64,000 nucleotides of DNA from a virus: the IMG/VR virus record IMGVR_UViG_3300015371_000008, positions 1 through 64,000 of that record; one strand, given 5' to 3'. Made by a program: the position numbers and the translations under genes. Under the pieces are notes generated by a model. It saw nothing but the letters and a program-made list of their open reading frames with translations, made no database searches and was not told the DNA's origin. The first letter of the stretch is position 1, and each line of letters opens with the position of its first letter. Shown here piece by piece: positions 63,455-64,000 of this stretch.

Positions 63455-64000
63455 TCAGGCACGGCCACCGAATCCGCGCCGGGTGTAGGCCCAGGCGACG
63501 TCGCCGACTACTTCAGCCTCCGCCTGATCCTCGACCTCCGGGTCGGCGAACCGGCCGTTGAGGACAGCGTCCAGGGTGACCCGCTTACCTCCGACCATGT
63601 CGTCAAGGTAGGAGTCGATCAACGGGTTACCGTCGGCATCCGTGCGGGCCACCAGGCGATAGGCGGTGCAGGGCCGGGTCTGGCCGATGCGGTGGATGCG
63701 CTTGGCCAGCTGATCCTCATCGCCGGGCCCCCACGTCAACTCCACCTGGAGGATGCGGTTGCAGCCGCCGTCCGCGTGCAGGGTGTGGCCCGTGCCGCCC
63801 GCCTTGATGGCTATGGAGATGACCTTGGCTGTTGGGTCGGTCTGGAACCGCTTCTTGTCGGCCTGCTTGGACTCCGACGACTGGCCGCCCTGCAACCGCA
63901 GACCGCCGTACGCCTTGGCGTAGGCGGTGACCTCTTCGCGCCGGTCGGCTGAGACGACCACTTTCTCTCCGGCGGCCACCTGCCGGTCGATCCATCGCAT
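63455..64000 (-). CDS. SNF2/HARP-like helicase, C-terminal part
   Basis: KAGGTGHTL, ELTWGP, QLAKRIHRIGQ; truncated by the window edge. Confidence 0.88.
   Translation of the reverse strand: MRWIDRQVAAGEKVVVSADRREEVTAYAKAYGGLRLQGGQSSESKQADKKRFQTDPTAKVISIAIKAGGTGHTLHADGGCNRILQVELTWGPGDEDQLAKRIHRIGQTRPCTAYRLVARTDADGNPLIDSYLDDMVGGKRVTLDAVLNGRFADPEVEDQAEAEVVGDVAWAYTRRGFGGRA

Larger units (their letters stand above)
1..64000 (-). mobile_element. Fragment of a large actinobacteriophage or phage-like element
   Basis: High GC, co-oriented small ORFs with overlapping start/stop codons, fibre genes, endolysin, terminase small subunit-like gene, DnaB, SSB, tRNA array, no host housekeeping operons. Confidence 0.9.

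Noticed and set aside
882-63952. Long plus-strand ORFs (e.g. 882-2228, 24237-25796, 56264-57850) and Arg/Pro-rich alternative frames
   Set aside because: Shadow frames of high-GC minus-strand genes; no motifs or SD

Overview
High-GC segment of a large actinobacterial phage or phage-like element. Almost every gene is on the minus strand. It contains: (1) a ~13.5 kb tRNA array (7273-20720) with about 37 readable tRNAs covering all 20 amino acids, about 8 aberrant tRNA-like bodies, and many stem-closed structured spacer RNAs; (2) replication and nucleotide genes (dnaB, ssb, dcd, DnaQ-like exonuclease, RNase H-like, Nudix, partial SNF2 helicase); (3) scattered virion and lysis genes (fibre/collagen/glycine-rich cluster, amidase endolysin, terminase small subunit-like); (4) a split 7-deazaguanine DNA-modification pathway (queD-queE-folE and parB-like/dpdA-like/queC); (5) many small hypothetical ORFs. 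The main unannotated signal is a layered regulatory code read by eye. About 20 sigma70-type promoters carry a CGCTAAATG box in the spacer. About 28 mRNA leaders carry an invariant GAGCGAC, usually as a hairpin loop, just upstream of the Shine-Dalgarno. Seven CGCGAC-N19-CACNNT-type promoters drive mostly leaderless virion, lysis, packaging and modification genes. A stem-closed small RNA inside the tRNA array (19300-19368) has a loop antisense to the GAGCGAC+SD leader consensus, suggesting an RNA-based early-to-late translational switch. All calls were made by manual inspection; no searches were run.
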